NCBI GenBank assembly: GCA_964016885.1
Contig: OZ024740.1
Span: forward strand, 316,200,001 to 316,264,000
DNA: 64,000 nucleotides
Source: Eledone cirrhosa
Lineage: Eukaryota
Direction: 5' to 3'
Shown: positions 28,166 through 40,070 of the stretch, in pieces
How positions within the stretch are numbered: position 1 is the first letter of the stretch
Layout: every line of letters starts with the position of its first letter
The notes under the pieces: generated by a model
Databases searched by the model: none
What the model was told of the DNA's origin: nothing
What the model saw: the letters and a program-made list of their open reading frames with translations, nothing else
Translations under genes and position numbers: made by a program

Positions 28166-30339
28166 CATTTGCCAGATGAGTATGCTACCATTATGTGTAA
28201 TGGTAGCATACTTGCCTGGTAAACAAGAGATATGGGTTCAACTCCCATGTGTGCTGATACCCATGTTTTTCTGTTCTGTAGGTTTATACACCCCATTATT
28301 AGACTATATTATTGAGTCAATGTTAGAGTGAAGCTTCTATTTCTATTAAGTAAGTTTTTCATTAGTAAGTTGACATTTAGAATATTATTTAACAAACATT
28401 TTTCAAGTAAAAGTTTGGAAGCTTTTAATACAAGGATAAATGAGTAATTCCATATCCTAAATCTAAGGTGGCTTCAGGTGGATTGCTTTAAAAGAGTTAA
28501 CATCTCCATCACTTAGAAGTGCAATTTATATTGTCATCAAAGTGAAGTGGATCTATATTTGTGGCTATATGGATATTGTTTCTTTAGATTGTGAATAAGC
28601 ATGACCTAAGTATTAATATCAGGAGAACACTATATGTAAATCTAGTTATCTAGATCTGAAATTACTCAGCATCAGATATTTCACATTTACTGTGAGGTAA
28701 CTTACTTTGGGGAGAAGAATATAAATACAAAATCATATTGCTTTCCCTCTAAAGAAATCTGTTGCTTCATACCTATGTAAAAAACCATTATTATATTTTT
28801 GCTGTATTTTCAAATATTGGGAAAGTAAAGTTTGTGGAGATAATATGCCTTTTATTGGGAAAAATTCTTTTAAATCTCTAAATCTATTTTAAATGTCAGA
28901 ATCAATTTTTATTTTATTTTAACCATAGCATATTTCTTTCTTATTTTCATTTAAGTTGTATTTTCTAAGAATTTCTATTGGTTTTCCTGATAATGATGTT
29001 TCTACTTTGGCTCCATAAATAATTAAATAAAATAAAGCTGATACAGATTTCATTGACTTGCTGCCACTCCACTACACCACACCCACCTCCAAAACACTTC
29101 ATTGATTCACATACATGTGCGCCTACACATAAAGAAATCCTTGACTTGGTTTTAAAGAATTTGAAACAGATTTTATTATTATTTTTTTAGCCATAATTAT
29201 TTTTTGCTTTCTAATTTTATATTTCCACAGAGAAATTTCTATCGACTTAGACTTTTTAAAATATTATATTTTTATTTTATTTACTCGATATTTCTGCTTG
29301 GTTTGATAAATAATCTAATGAAACCAAGTCGTTCCATCTATTGTATATCAGAAAGCTACAACATTTAGAGAAAAAAATTAAAACTTAGCAGGTTTCGTAT
29401 AATCCAATGCAGTGTTTTGAGTGTCACTTTGTATACAAGGAAGAAAAAACACAACTACTGCTACACCATTCACAATAACCTCGTTCCATCTTTCACTTGT
29501 ATTTTATTACTATTTTGTTTGCAACATGAACAGTGTATAATGTAATATGCAGAAACAAAGTGAACTCTGGGGACAAAATCTGAAGTTTGATGAAGTTTTG
29601 AGATTTCAATCTTTAATGGAAATTAACCAAGCAAGTACTGGGAATTCAAACTGAACTGGAATAAATATCTTGTCTCAACATTTCTATAATGTGTGAATTC
29701 CACGAGGACTTCATTTTATAGAAAAATTATTGAGATAATACTCTGAGGTAGAGTAGGAAAGTATAGCTAACATTTCTGTACGAGTAATATAAAATGCATT
29801 AATTGTATTAATTTATTAGCTTCATCTATAGGGGATATGTTATATCATGATGAAGAAATAACTAAAGTGTTGGTGCATTAGTGAATTACAGGTAATGAAG
29901 TTGATGGAGGTTCATAGTTAGACAGGGACAGATGGATAATGTAGAGGTTGGTGAAACGTGAATTATATAACCATAAAATATGATCTATGAAGAAGGTTAG
30001 TTTTCAGATATTATGTTTTAGTAGTGCAGATTATAACAGAAGTATGATATTATTACATGTCATGTGAAACATGGTCAGAGAATATAGGAGACCTGAGAAA
30101 ATAACAGATGATATATCATAATTTGAATACACAACACTCCCAATTTTACATGTCAAAGTTAGCTTGGTGCAATTAGAAAAGTTACACATACAGGTATTCA
30201 AAAATTCTAACCATCCTAAAACTTAAAAGCCCAGCTGAGGGCACAAATAAGTTGCTACGGCTGTGACTGGTCCCCCCCCCCCCCCCAATGCAGAGAGCCC
30301 AGGGCAATTGCCTCCTTTGACCCCATTAAATTCAGCCCT

Positions 30340-30655
30340 TGTTGGACAGGTCTTTTTCAGCACAGCCTCACTCAACTAGCCACATTTCCTCTGTGAGTCT
30401 GTGTTTTGAGGTCAGCTCTCACCACCTTGGCCCAGGTCTTTCTTGGTCTACTTCTACTGTAGCTTCCATTCACTGGCATTTCCTGACACCTCGTCACCCA
30501 ACAATCATCATCCATGTGCATCTCATGTGCATACCAACACAGTCTTCTCTCTTGCGCACCACTTCTGATTCCTCTTCGACCCAGCTTTTTCCTCAGTTCA
30601 TCCAAGCTCTGCCTTTCTCTCACATTAACATTACACATTCAACGAAGCATGGCTG
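30340..30655 (-). mobile_element. RTE LINE 3' fragment
   Basis: ORF 30372..30638 CNVNVRERQS...RRLCWYAH...RPRKTW. Confidence 0.85.
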
Positions 30656-31172
30656 CTATGTGGAAAAAAAATAGATGATAGATTATTAGGAAAAAACTAC
30701 TTGTAATAACTGGAATAATAGATGATCAATGAAACAAGGTATAACTTAAATAAAACTTTTGACAAAATATGCAAGGAGAAAAAGGAAAAGACAGTTTAAC
30801 CCTTTAGCATTTATATTACTCTATATATACTATAATATTTTTGTAGTAAATGGTTTATTTTACATAATATCGAATCTAGGAGATTTTGATGTTATTTATT
30901 TTGAGAACAATACCTTAACATCAGTATGAGTGGCTAGTTATGGCCAGTTTGAACAGAAAGAGGTGAGAGAATTCTGGCTGGATATGGCCGGTTTAAATGC
31001 TAAAGGGATAAAGGAATCATATTTTGTACAATCTAATTTCTATTTTTCCTATAGTTTAAATATGGTAGAATTTTTATATAATTTTCTAAATACTGTCTGT
31101 AATAAAGATGAGCCAAATTCTTGATTTTATTTTACAATTTAAATAATTCTGTTGTAATTTTCATTTGTACAG

Positions 31173-31359
31173 GTATGGAAACGATCCGGTGCTTGGTTTT
31201 TTAAAGGCATTCCAAAATATATAGTTCCCAAACATCACCACCATGATGGTGGCAAGTTTTCTTCAAATGCCAGAAATCATCTAGAAACTGCAGCTCACCA
31301 GAAGAGTCGTTCTGGATCATTTCGCAGTTATAATACTTGGAGCAGAGGACGGCACAATG
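31173..31359 (+). CDS. RPH3A: Rabphilin coding exon 5 (VWKRSGAWFFKGIPKY...SRGRHN); SGAWFF Rab-binding motif (SHD2) and start of linker
   Basis: tacAG acceptor and the diagnostic WKRSGAWFFKG. Donor GTAACA at 31360 (phase 1); an alternative same-phase donor GTTAGA at 31381 makes the 3' end uncertain. Confidence 0.9.
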
Positions 31360-31719
31360 GTAACAAGGAAGGGTTTGGAGGTTAGATATCAGTTTCTCAT
31401 GTAATCTGAAATATTTCACCAAGTTATCCCCCAGTTCTTTCTCTCATAACTGTTTCTTGTAACACATGTAAAGAGTTTGATTTGAGGTATATTATAGTGT
31501 AAATCGAGTTTGTTCTAGCTAACAGAAAGTAAATCACTTTATATATGATATGACAGTGTTCTAGAAGATAAGCAACTGTCTTTATTCAACAAAATCAATT
31601 AAGTTAATTTTCCTACATTGAAGATACATAATTTCAGGGAAAAATTTCTGGGATTCATACATAATATAAGGTTTCTTGGGGCAGAAATAATTCAAAGAAA
31701 AAAAACAATTATAAAATCT

Positions 31720-32175
31720 GAACATTTGATAGGGCTTGTTTCCTGTGTGCTCTTGTTGCTTACTGCTCCTTTGCATTGGCTACATACAAAGCTTACATTC
31801 TTTGTTGGCCTGCCTGCAATCCTATTACATCTTTTGTGTACCCAAAGCTTACATTTTGTACATAAGATGGAATTTCTGCCTACTCCTTTCTTGCACACTG
31901 TCCAAGGCTATTTCCCTGAAGGAATTTGGGCCTTGCTTCTTTTTTTTCCTTATTAGGACTTTAGTTTTTGCTAGGTTGACTCTAAGGTCTTTTGATTCCA
32001 GGTTTTACTCCTATGTCTGGAATTTCTTCTCTAGTTTTGCTGCAGTTTCAGCTATGAGGACTAGGTCATCAACATATAAGAATTCCAATGGGCAGCCAGT
32101 TTTAAACTCTTGTGTTATGGCCTGAAGGACATTAAAAAACAGAAGGAGGCTGAGGACAGAGTCCCGGTGGAGCCC
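31720..32175 (-). mobile_element. RTE LINE internal fragment covering the RT motif region and PHD finger
   Basis: Antisense homolog of about 37440-37880; CKKGVGRNSILCTKCKLWVHKRC...CSQC. Confidence 0.88.
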
Positions 32176-32629
32176 ATTATTCCACTATTTATATTAAAGA
32201 TAGATATCAACTGCTAAAAGTTATTCAGAGTAAATTTGAATCTTCTTTGCACTCCTGGATATTGCACTTTTTTAAACTCTTAACAAGATTCCAGATGTCA
32301 TTCACTTACCAAGTAAGGTGGATTTCGTCAGATCAGACCAAGGAAACAATATTTCCATCGATCTTTCCAATTGCTAATACTCTCTACTTGTTGCAACTCT
32401 AGACAGAAGGAAAGAAAGGAAATAAAGTGTCTTGCTCAAGGATATAACGTATCACCCAGCTCGAAAATCAAACTCACAACCTCACAATTGTGAATCAAAC
32501 ACTTTAACCATTAAGCCACACACACCTGTTAAATAGATTAAATAGAAGCAGTTCATTGATCATCTTCCAGAGAACTTTTGAAGTAAGAAATATCATTTAA
32601 TTCTTGATCTTTTCTTTTGTTGTACCTAG

Positions 32630-32698
32630 GAGAAAGCAGTGGTCAAGATGCAACCAGCAGCTCTGACGATGAAGTGAGCATTGGGAAACGCACAAAAG
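32630..32698 (+). CDS. RPH3A: Rabphilin linker exon 6 (ESSGQDATSSSDDEVSIGKRTK)
   Basis: Polypyrimidine + cctAG acceptor, donor GTCGGT at 32699, phase 1-1, open and in frame with neighbouring exons; Ser/acidic linker composition. Confidence 0.72.
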
Positions 32699-33517
32699 GT
32701 CGGTAGATATCCTAGCTTAGTATTCATTGGGAAACGAACAAAATGTCAGTAGATATCCTAGCTTAGTATTCATCATCGTTTAACATCCATTTTCCAGGCT
32801 AGCAAAGGTTGGACTGGTCATCACAGACCAAGTCAGTACTCAAACAGAACTACTAACCCTGTATCATACTGAATCTCCACGAGAATTACATTAAGGTTAT
32901 ACATGTTTATGGAATGCACAGCCACTTACATGTTGATCAAACAATTAGAACACTCATCATTGAAACTAATGGATGTTCATTCTAAATTTATATGATCTAC
33001 AAGATAAACGTACCTAGTACATATTGTAAAGTGGTTGGTGATAGTAAGGGCATCCAGCTGTAGAAAAATTACCAGACAAAGGGTTGGAAAGACCCTCCAG
33101 TCATGTCAAGGGCAGGACAACCTCCCTAGTGTTGGTGATCTACATGATAAACATACTCAGTACATGCTGTAAAGTGGTTAGTGATAGAAAGGGCATCCAG
33201 CTGTAGAAAACTTGCCAGACAAAAGGTCTGGAGGATCCTCCAGTCGTGTCAAAGACATGACAACCTCCCCTGTGCACTTGGTAGAACATGAGACAATACA
33301 TAAGCTAAACAACAGATCCTTTGCTTATCTAGGAGATCAGTAGCTCAACTTCAATACTGATGTGGTCTATGTAGACCCGGCCAACACTTGCTAGCAGGGA
33401 AGCAGATATTAAAACGATGTAGAGTAATGTTTGTTATTGTGTATGAATGATTATAATTTTACTTTAATAAGCTCTCAATTAAAATTTTTCTCCTTATTGT
33501 GCCATAAAGCATATATA

Positions 33518-33700
33518 AATAATTGTTTCTACTTTTGGCACAAGGCTAGCAATTACCCCAGTGCATTACTGGTACTTTGTTTTATCAACCACATAAGGAT
33601 GAAAGGCAAAGTTAACCTCAGCGGGATTTGAACTCAGACCATAAAGGGAGTAACTGTGGTGCAAAGCATGGCGTCCGACCCTCTACCAATACTGCCAATT
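33518..33700 (-). mobile_element. tRNA-derived SINE with Nin/Deu-like domain. Many other copies, e.g. 4205-4375, 20780-20910, 27120-27330, 34931-35030, 43603-43840, 46945-47140, 48865-49050, three tandem at 55074-55700, 56650-56848, 59225-59330, 63685-63846
   Basis: B-box gagttcaaatcc followed by aactttgcctttcatcc....ggggtcgataaaataaagtaccag; tail gccttgtgcc.aaagtagaaac(aat)n. Confidence 0.8.
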
Positions 33701-34219
33701 CATGTTTAATTTGTATTGGTTTGTTGTGGTAGGGAATTGGCAGAGTTGTTACAACATCAGATAGACTGTCTTAGAGTGTTTGAACATCATAGACCAAGTC
33801 AGTACTTAATCAGAGTCACTGACCTCTCACATTGAACCTCATCTCACTTACATATGTTCCCACACACTACAGAATGCAACTTCCAATCATGGCATCAGTA
33901 ATAGGGGTGTTGTCATATCTTTTACACAACTGAAGAGTCTGTTCTACCCTATTTGGCAAGTTTCATATGGTTAGATGCCTTTTTTATCACCAACCAATTT
34001 ACAGAATGTACTGAGTGTATGTTTATTGTGTCACCAACGCTAGAAATGATGTTGTGCCCTTGACACACTGAAGAATTCTCTCAACCCTTTTTTATATGGT
34101 TTCTACGGGTACCCTTTCTATTACCAACCACCTTACAGTACACACTGTAAGGTTGTTGATGATAAGAAGGGCATCCAGCTATAAAAAGAATTGTAATAGT
34201 ACTCACGTGTTGTCAAATG

Positions 34220-34412
34220 TACTGTATATACTTGAATATAAGCCAAACTGATGGTAAAATGGTGGTGGGGGGGGGGGGGGCGGTCAGCTTATATACACCA
34301 TCTAAACAATGTGTTGATTAGTTGCCTTGGCTTATAAATGGGGTTTGGAATTTTGCCCAGTTCTCAGGCATAAAATGGAGTGGGGTCAGCTTCTATATGA
34401 GTATATACAGTA
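34220..34412. mobile_element. Tc2/pogo-type MITE
   Basis: TIR tactgtatatact / agtatatacagta, TA-bounded. Confidence 0.6.
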
Positions 34413-34506
34413 AGTGATTGAAAGTAGTTATAAACATAAATACAATAGCTGAGAGTTTATATCAAGTTTTGATTTATTATGTGTGATGTATTCTTTCTTT
34501 TTTCAG

Positions 34507-34674
34507 AAAGTGATAACATCAGCATTGGCAGTTCACAAAGTAGCCGAGATCATCATGGAGGAAATGGTAAGATGATCAATTCTAACACAAATGTTCATGG
34601 AGGTCACTTAAGAAGTACTGACAACAATCAGGATCTCCATAATGCATCAGACAATGAGAAATCTGGAACCACGG
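34507..34674 (+). CDS. RPH3A: Rabphilin linker exon 7 (SDNISIGSSQSSRDHHGGNGKMINS...NEKSGTT)
   Basis: Strong tttttcAG acceptor, donor GTATGT at 34675, phase 1-1. An internal same-phase donor GTAAGA lies at 34567. Confidence 0.78.
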
Positions 34675-35557
34675 GTATGTATGTTAAGGCTGTAGCTTCA
34701 AATACACAAGAGATATCTTTCTATTTATTCTATGTGTAGCCATGACTGTGTTTCTTCAATAAACTCCTTTCTTTTCCTGCTCTTGTAGGTGTGTAGGATA
34801 TGAAGTTTGAACAAAAATTGAATGGAAAATATATGTTTTATATGCTGAATCTAGAACAATACAAAACCCTTACTATCATCATCATCATCATATACATGTG
34901 TATTTAACATATATGTGTGTGAGTGTGTGGGGTTAACTTTGCCTTTCATCCTTAAAGGGTCGATAAAATAAAGTACCAGTAATGCACTGGGGTAATTGCT
35001 AGCCTTGTGCCAAAAGTAGAAAAAATTATTATTATCATCATCATTGTTATCATATCTGTTGGTATCATGGTATCTACAGTTGGATGCCCTTCCTATCACC
35101 AACCCTTGTTTTTTTAAGTGTATTTAATATCTTTGCATATGTAATATATTTGAGCATTTACATTACTCTATGCATACAATTATATTTTTGTGGTAAAGGC
35201 TTTACCTCACATAATTATTTCAACATAATATTGAATCTATGAGATTTTGATATTATTTATTTTGAGAGCAATACCTTAACATCAGTATGTGTGGCTGGTT
35301 ACAGCTGGTTTGAACAGAAAGAGGTGAGAGAATTCTGGCTGGATGCAGCCGTTTTAAATGTTGAAGGGTTAAAATGATCAAGGAAGAAATGAAAGCCTGT
35401 TGTTTGATAAAAGAGGATGTAGACCATGGGGAAAAGTGGAGAAGCTTGTTACGAGCCCCCACAAAGTTAATCCCTCCTTTAGCAGTGAAGATGGCCCTAA
35501 AACCCTGTTTTTGTTGTTTTATGGCTGGAACCCCTTGCTATTGATACCATGATATGA

Positions 35558-35800
35558 TAATAATAATGAAAATAGTGTATAGTGCTCAGGTGCACTACAA
35601 CTCATCAAAGGTGCATGTATAGTACATAGAATAATGTACAAATGTCAGGAAAGTGAACAGTGTATGAGTTATGATATACACACATACATGCATGCATGTG
35701 TATGGGGAGGGAATATCAGGAGTAGTTGTTGACGGATTTCGAGAAGTATGGAAGTTTTGAAGGATGCAGTGTTCCAACAGTTAACAACTGATGCAAGTAA
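35558..35800 (-). mobile_element. CR1-type LINE 3'UTR fragment
   Basis: Reverse complement of about 48285-48515, including the (ATT)n tail. Confidence 0.8.
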
Positions 35801-36019
35801 TAACATTTCAAATAAAAAAGAAGTTATACAATGATGGAAATATGAAGAGAAAGATAAAAACAAACCGCCTCCAGCTTAGTCGCTTTGGTCACAAACCCCG
35901 GTGCTGTAGCCCATGCTTCGGAAACTGTGTATGTGAAAAAATGGTTTACCTATTCTAAAACTAGGATATACACTAAAAAACATGATAATGTTATATACTG
36001 TAAGTTTACTTTTCCAATC

Positions 36020-38491
36020 TTCAAAAAACGTGACAATCACCTGATCACCTATAGATCCGGGGAACACACAAGCCAGGTAGATTATATCCTTACCAGAAGA
36101 CGTGACAGAGTGTCTGTTGTAAACACTAAATCCCTCCCCCATGAAGAATGCACCTCCCAACATAGACTGATAATTAGCGACCTCATAGTCAGGACGAGAC
36201 GTACTCGACAACAGAAGAGGACTATCCTCAGGAGGAAAATATGGAAGCTAAAGGACCCCACAGCCAGGAATAAATTTCAAAGCATATTACTTGATGCTTT
36301 CGACAGTAAGGAAGAACATTTAGAGTCGGACAATATAGAGGGAGAGTGGGAATTTCTGAAAGCAAACCTGCTGTTGGCGACAGACGAAGTCTGTGGCTGG
36401 AGCAGGCCTGTAGGCAGGAGGAGAGTAACATGGTGGTGGAACAGTAAGGTGGAGGGGTCAATTAAGGCCAAAAAGCAGGCTTGGAAAGTATGGCGGGATG
36501 GGGGAAGTAGAGAGGACTATCAAGTGGCCAGGAGGGAAGCTAGGAGACAAGTGTACTTAGCAAGAAGGGAAGCTGAGGAAAGAAAGTTCAAGCATGTTCT
36601 ACAACGCGATGACCAAAAACGTGAGGTGTTCAGGATTGCTAGGCAATGCGTCAAGGAAAACCGTGATATTGTCGGGGAGAAGTGTGTACTAAACGACGAT
36701 GGCACACTTGCCATCACCGACGCTGATAAGAAGGTAGCTTGGAAGTGTCACTATGAAAGGCTACTAAATGAGGAGAATAATTGGGAGAAAGGCAGTCTCC
36801 CCCATATCGACCCAATAGAGGGACCAGCAGTGTTAGTCGAGGGGAGTATAATAAGTAAGGCAATCAAGGATATGAAGACGGGTAAAGCGGCTGGGCCTTC
36901 GGAAATAGTTGCTGAGATGCTGAAGGCATCTGGCACGGTGGGACACACCATGGTCACCCGCATAGTTAACCAAGTCGTACAGAATGGGGTTGTCCCGAAG
37001 GACTGGCATAGCAGCATCATCGTTAACTGTTATAAGGGTAAAGGAGACGCCCTGGATAGGAGTAACTATAGAGGCATTAAATTAATCGACCAGGTCATGA
37101 AGGTCACGGAAAAAGTAATAGCGCAACTAATCAGAGAGAGAATTGACCTAGATGAAATGCAGTTCGGGTTTGTGTCAGGCAAAAGTACCACAGACGCTCT
37201 TTTCATAGTACGACAACTACAGGAGAAGTACCTAGCTAAAGGTAAACCCCTCTACTTAGCTTTTGTCGACTTGGAGAAAGCCTTCGACAGAGTCCCCCGC
37301 TCCATTATCTGGTGGGCTCTTAGAAAACTAGGCGTTGACGAATGGCTTGTGAGGGCTATACAAGCCATGTATAAAGAAACAGTCAGCAAGGTTAGAATTA
37401 ACAACGAATATAGTGAAGAGTTTAGCGTAAAAGTTGGCGTCCATCAGGGCTCTGTTCTCAGCCCACTACTATTTATTATTGCCCTTCAGGCTATAACAGA
37501 GGAGTTCAAGACAGGCTGCCCATGGGAACTCCTATACGCAGACGACCTGACACTCATAGCGGAATCAATGGCCGAGCTAGAGAAGAAATTCCAAACATGG
37601 AAGCACGGCCTAGAGTCAAAAGGACTTAAAATTAACCTGGCTAAGACCAAAGTACTAGTTTGTAGGAAAGAAAACAAGGCGGCGGTCCCTTCTGGGAAAT
37701 GGTCGTGCTCGGTGTGTAGGAAAGGCGTAGGTAGAAACTCCATTTTATGTCCTAAATGCAAAGTATGGGTGCATAAAAGATGTAGTGGGATCACAGGTAA
37801 GCTAACTAAGAACATAGATTTTACATGTGGCCGGTGCTCTGGTGCAATAAGTAGCAGCAAGTGCCCACAAACTACTAGCTCTTTCAATTGCGCAGAGGGT
37901 TCTATAGAAATAGTGGACAGCTTCCGTTACCTGGGCGATAAAATCAGCAGTGGGGGAGGGTGCTCTGAAAGTACTGTAGCTAGAGTCAGAACTGGTTGGA
38001 AAAAGTTCAGAGAGCTTATACCACTATTAGCTGCTAAAGGGTTCTCACTAAAAATGAAAGGCAGGTTGTACGATGCCTGCATACGAACAGCAATGCTGCA
38101 TGGCAGTGAGACCTGGGCATTGTGTGCAGAGGATATACGCAGACTAGAGAGGAACGAAGCTTGCATGCTCCGCTGGATGTGTAACAGTAATATACGTGAA
38201 CAGCAAAGCATAAACGAACTAAGGAAAAAATTAGAGATAAGAGGGATCAGATGTTGTTTACTCGAGAGAAGGCTACGTTGGTATGGACACGTGATGCGCA
38301 TGAAAGTCGATAGCTGTATAACAAAGTGCAGGGCAATAAAGATAGACGGTAGTCACGGAATAGGCAGACCTAGAAAAACCTGGGACGAGCTGATAAACTC
38401 CGACATCACACACTTACACCTCTCCAAGACAATGTCACTGGACCGAGACCTTTGGCGGTACTCAGTAACAGAGAAGACCCGCCTTACCTAA
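36020..38491 (+). CDS. RTE LINE ORF, N-terminally truncated (partial endonuclease, reverse transcriptase, PHD finger)
   Basis: QVDYIL and SQHRL (APE C-term); NYRGIKL, QFGF, FVDLEKAFDRV, GVHQGSVLSPLLF, YADD at 37535-37546, FRYLG, RRLRWYGHVMR, GRPRKTW. The first ~45 aa of the 35885 ORF are flanking DNA. Confidence 0.9.
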   Translation, partial: FKKRDNHLITYRSGEHTSQVDYILTRRRDRVSVVNTKSLPHEECTSQHRLIISDLIVRTRRTRQQKRTILRRKIWKLKDPTARNKFQSILLDAFDSKEEHLESDNIEGEWEFLKANLLLATDEVCGWSRPVGRRRVTWWWNSKVEGSIKAKKQAWKVWRDGGSREDYQVARREARRQVYLARREAEERKFKHVLQRDDQKREVFRIARQCVKENRDIVGEKCVLNDDGTLAITDADKKVAWKCHYERLLNEENNWEKGSLPHIDPIEGPAVLVEGSIISKAIKDMKTGKAAGPSEIVAEMLKASGTVGHTMVTRIVNQVVQNGVVPKDWHSSIIVNCYKGKGDALDRSNYRGIKLIDQVMKVTEKVIAQLIRERIDLDEMQFGFVSGKSTTDALFIVRQLQEKYLAKGKPLYLAFVDLEKAFDRVPRSIIWWALRKLGVDEWLVRAIQAMYKETVSKVRINNEYSEEFSVKVGVHQGSVLSPLLFIIALQAITEEFKTGCPWELLYADDLTLIAESMAELEKKFQTWKHGLESKGLKINLAKTKVLVCRKENKAAVPSGKWSCSVCRKGVGRNSILCPKCKVWVHKRCSGITGKLTKNIDFTCGRCSGAISSSKCPQTTSSFNCAEGSIEIVDSFRYLGDKISSGGGCSESTVARVRTGWKKFRELIPLLAAKGFSLKMKGRLYDACIRTAMLHGSETWALCAEDIRRLERNEACMLRWMCNSNIREQQSINELRKKLEIRGIRCCLLERRLRWYGHVMRMKVDSCITKCRAIKIDGSHGIGRPRKTWDELINSDITHLHLSKTMSLDRDLWRYSVTEKTRLT

Positions 38492-38888
38492 ATATATAGT
38501 AAAACCTACTCCAGCCAGTAGGCATCTCTAACAAAATACACCCCGTCCCACCACCACCACCCCCACCCCATCCACACCACCCCGTTCTATGTAAAGTTAT
38601 GTTGGTGCCGCGCCATCCAGGCTGAAACAAATGAGATCGTGTAGGTGTCACGACAAAAAAACACACAGTCCACGCTGTAATGTGGCCGTGTAGGCAACAC
38701 GGTAAAAACCTCCCAGACCCACACTGTAAATGTGGTTGGTGTTAGGAAGGGCATCCAACTGTAGAAAACCTGCCAGACAGTCCTATGCGAGCAAGACAAT
38801 CACTCTTGCCTCAAGTGGGACTACCCCCGTCCAAACCCATGCAAGCGTGGAACACGGACGTTAAACGTTGATGATGATGATGATGATG
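36023..38888 (+). mobile_element. Young 5'-truncated RTE-clade LINE: C-terminal end of APE endonuclease, RT, PHD insertion, about 400-bp 3'UTR and (GAT)n tail
   Basis: TSD AATCTTC at 36016-36022 and 38889-38895; stop-free frame to 38491. Confidence 0.95.
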
Positions 38889-39126
38889 AATCTTCTAGCT
38901 ATATTAATAACTCTTATTTCTCATAGTATGGAATGAGAAGCTAATAATGCTGATAAAATGAAATGCAATATAAATTATCAAATGATAATATAATATAGAA
39001 ACAAGAAATTCTAATTTTCTTCAATGATGGGACTTTCCTCTAGATTTTTTTTTTTCCTATTATAGCATGTCCCAAATTTCATTTCAGCATGTTATATTAT
39101 TATAGAGTTACAACATAATTGAATAT

Positions 39127-39410
39127 AGTAGTAGTAGTAGTAGTGGTGGTGGTGGTGGTGGTGGTGGTGGTGGTAGTGGTAGTGGTAGTGGTGGTGGTGG
39201 AGATGGTAGTAGTGAGTTCTTTATTCTAATATTAAAAAAATAATAGTGATGGTGGTGATTACAATAACAATAATAATAATGATGATGATTTCTTTAATTT
39301 TTTTATAATAATGAGAATGATGGTGGTGGTGGTGGTGGTGGTGGTAATGAACATGATGAGAATGATGGTGACGATGGGGATGATGGTGATGAGAATGATG
39401 ATGATGATGA
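39127..39410. repeat. (GTA)n/(GGT)n/(GAT)n microsatellite cluster
   Basis: Direct reading. Confidence 0.85.
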
Positions 39411-39644
39411 TAGAAATATACAGGGTGTTTTTATATTATCAAATCAGTTGTTACTTCTGTAGAGAAGATGGAGGTATTGATATGAAATTTTGAGGGTTTT
39501 ATCTGTTAATTTCTGTATTTTTCAATCTAATGTTTCAATTGATTTAGTTTTATATTATTTTATATAAAACATGTCCAAAAATCTCTTTTGTAAAAGTGAT
39601 TTATAATGAAAACAACTAATTCTTTTTAATGTACTTTTATCTAT

Positions 39645-40070
<426 letters not shown>

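Noticed and set aside
35885-36019. N-terminal 45 aa of the 868-aa ORF as part of a full-length LINE protein
   Set aside because: Lies outside the TSD, starts at TTG and shows no endonuclease motifs; chance open frame in flanking DNA.
39463-39473. 11-nt exon candidate (ctgtAG agaagatggag GTATTG)
   Set aside because: Weak signals, and the resulting phase does not connect to any downstream exon I could find.
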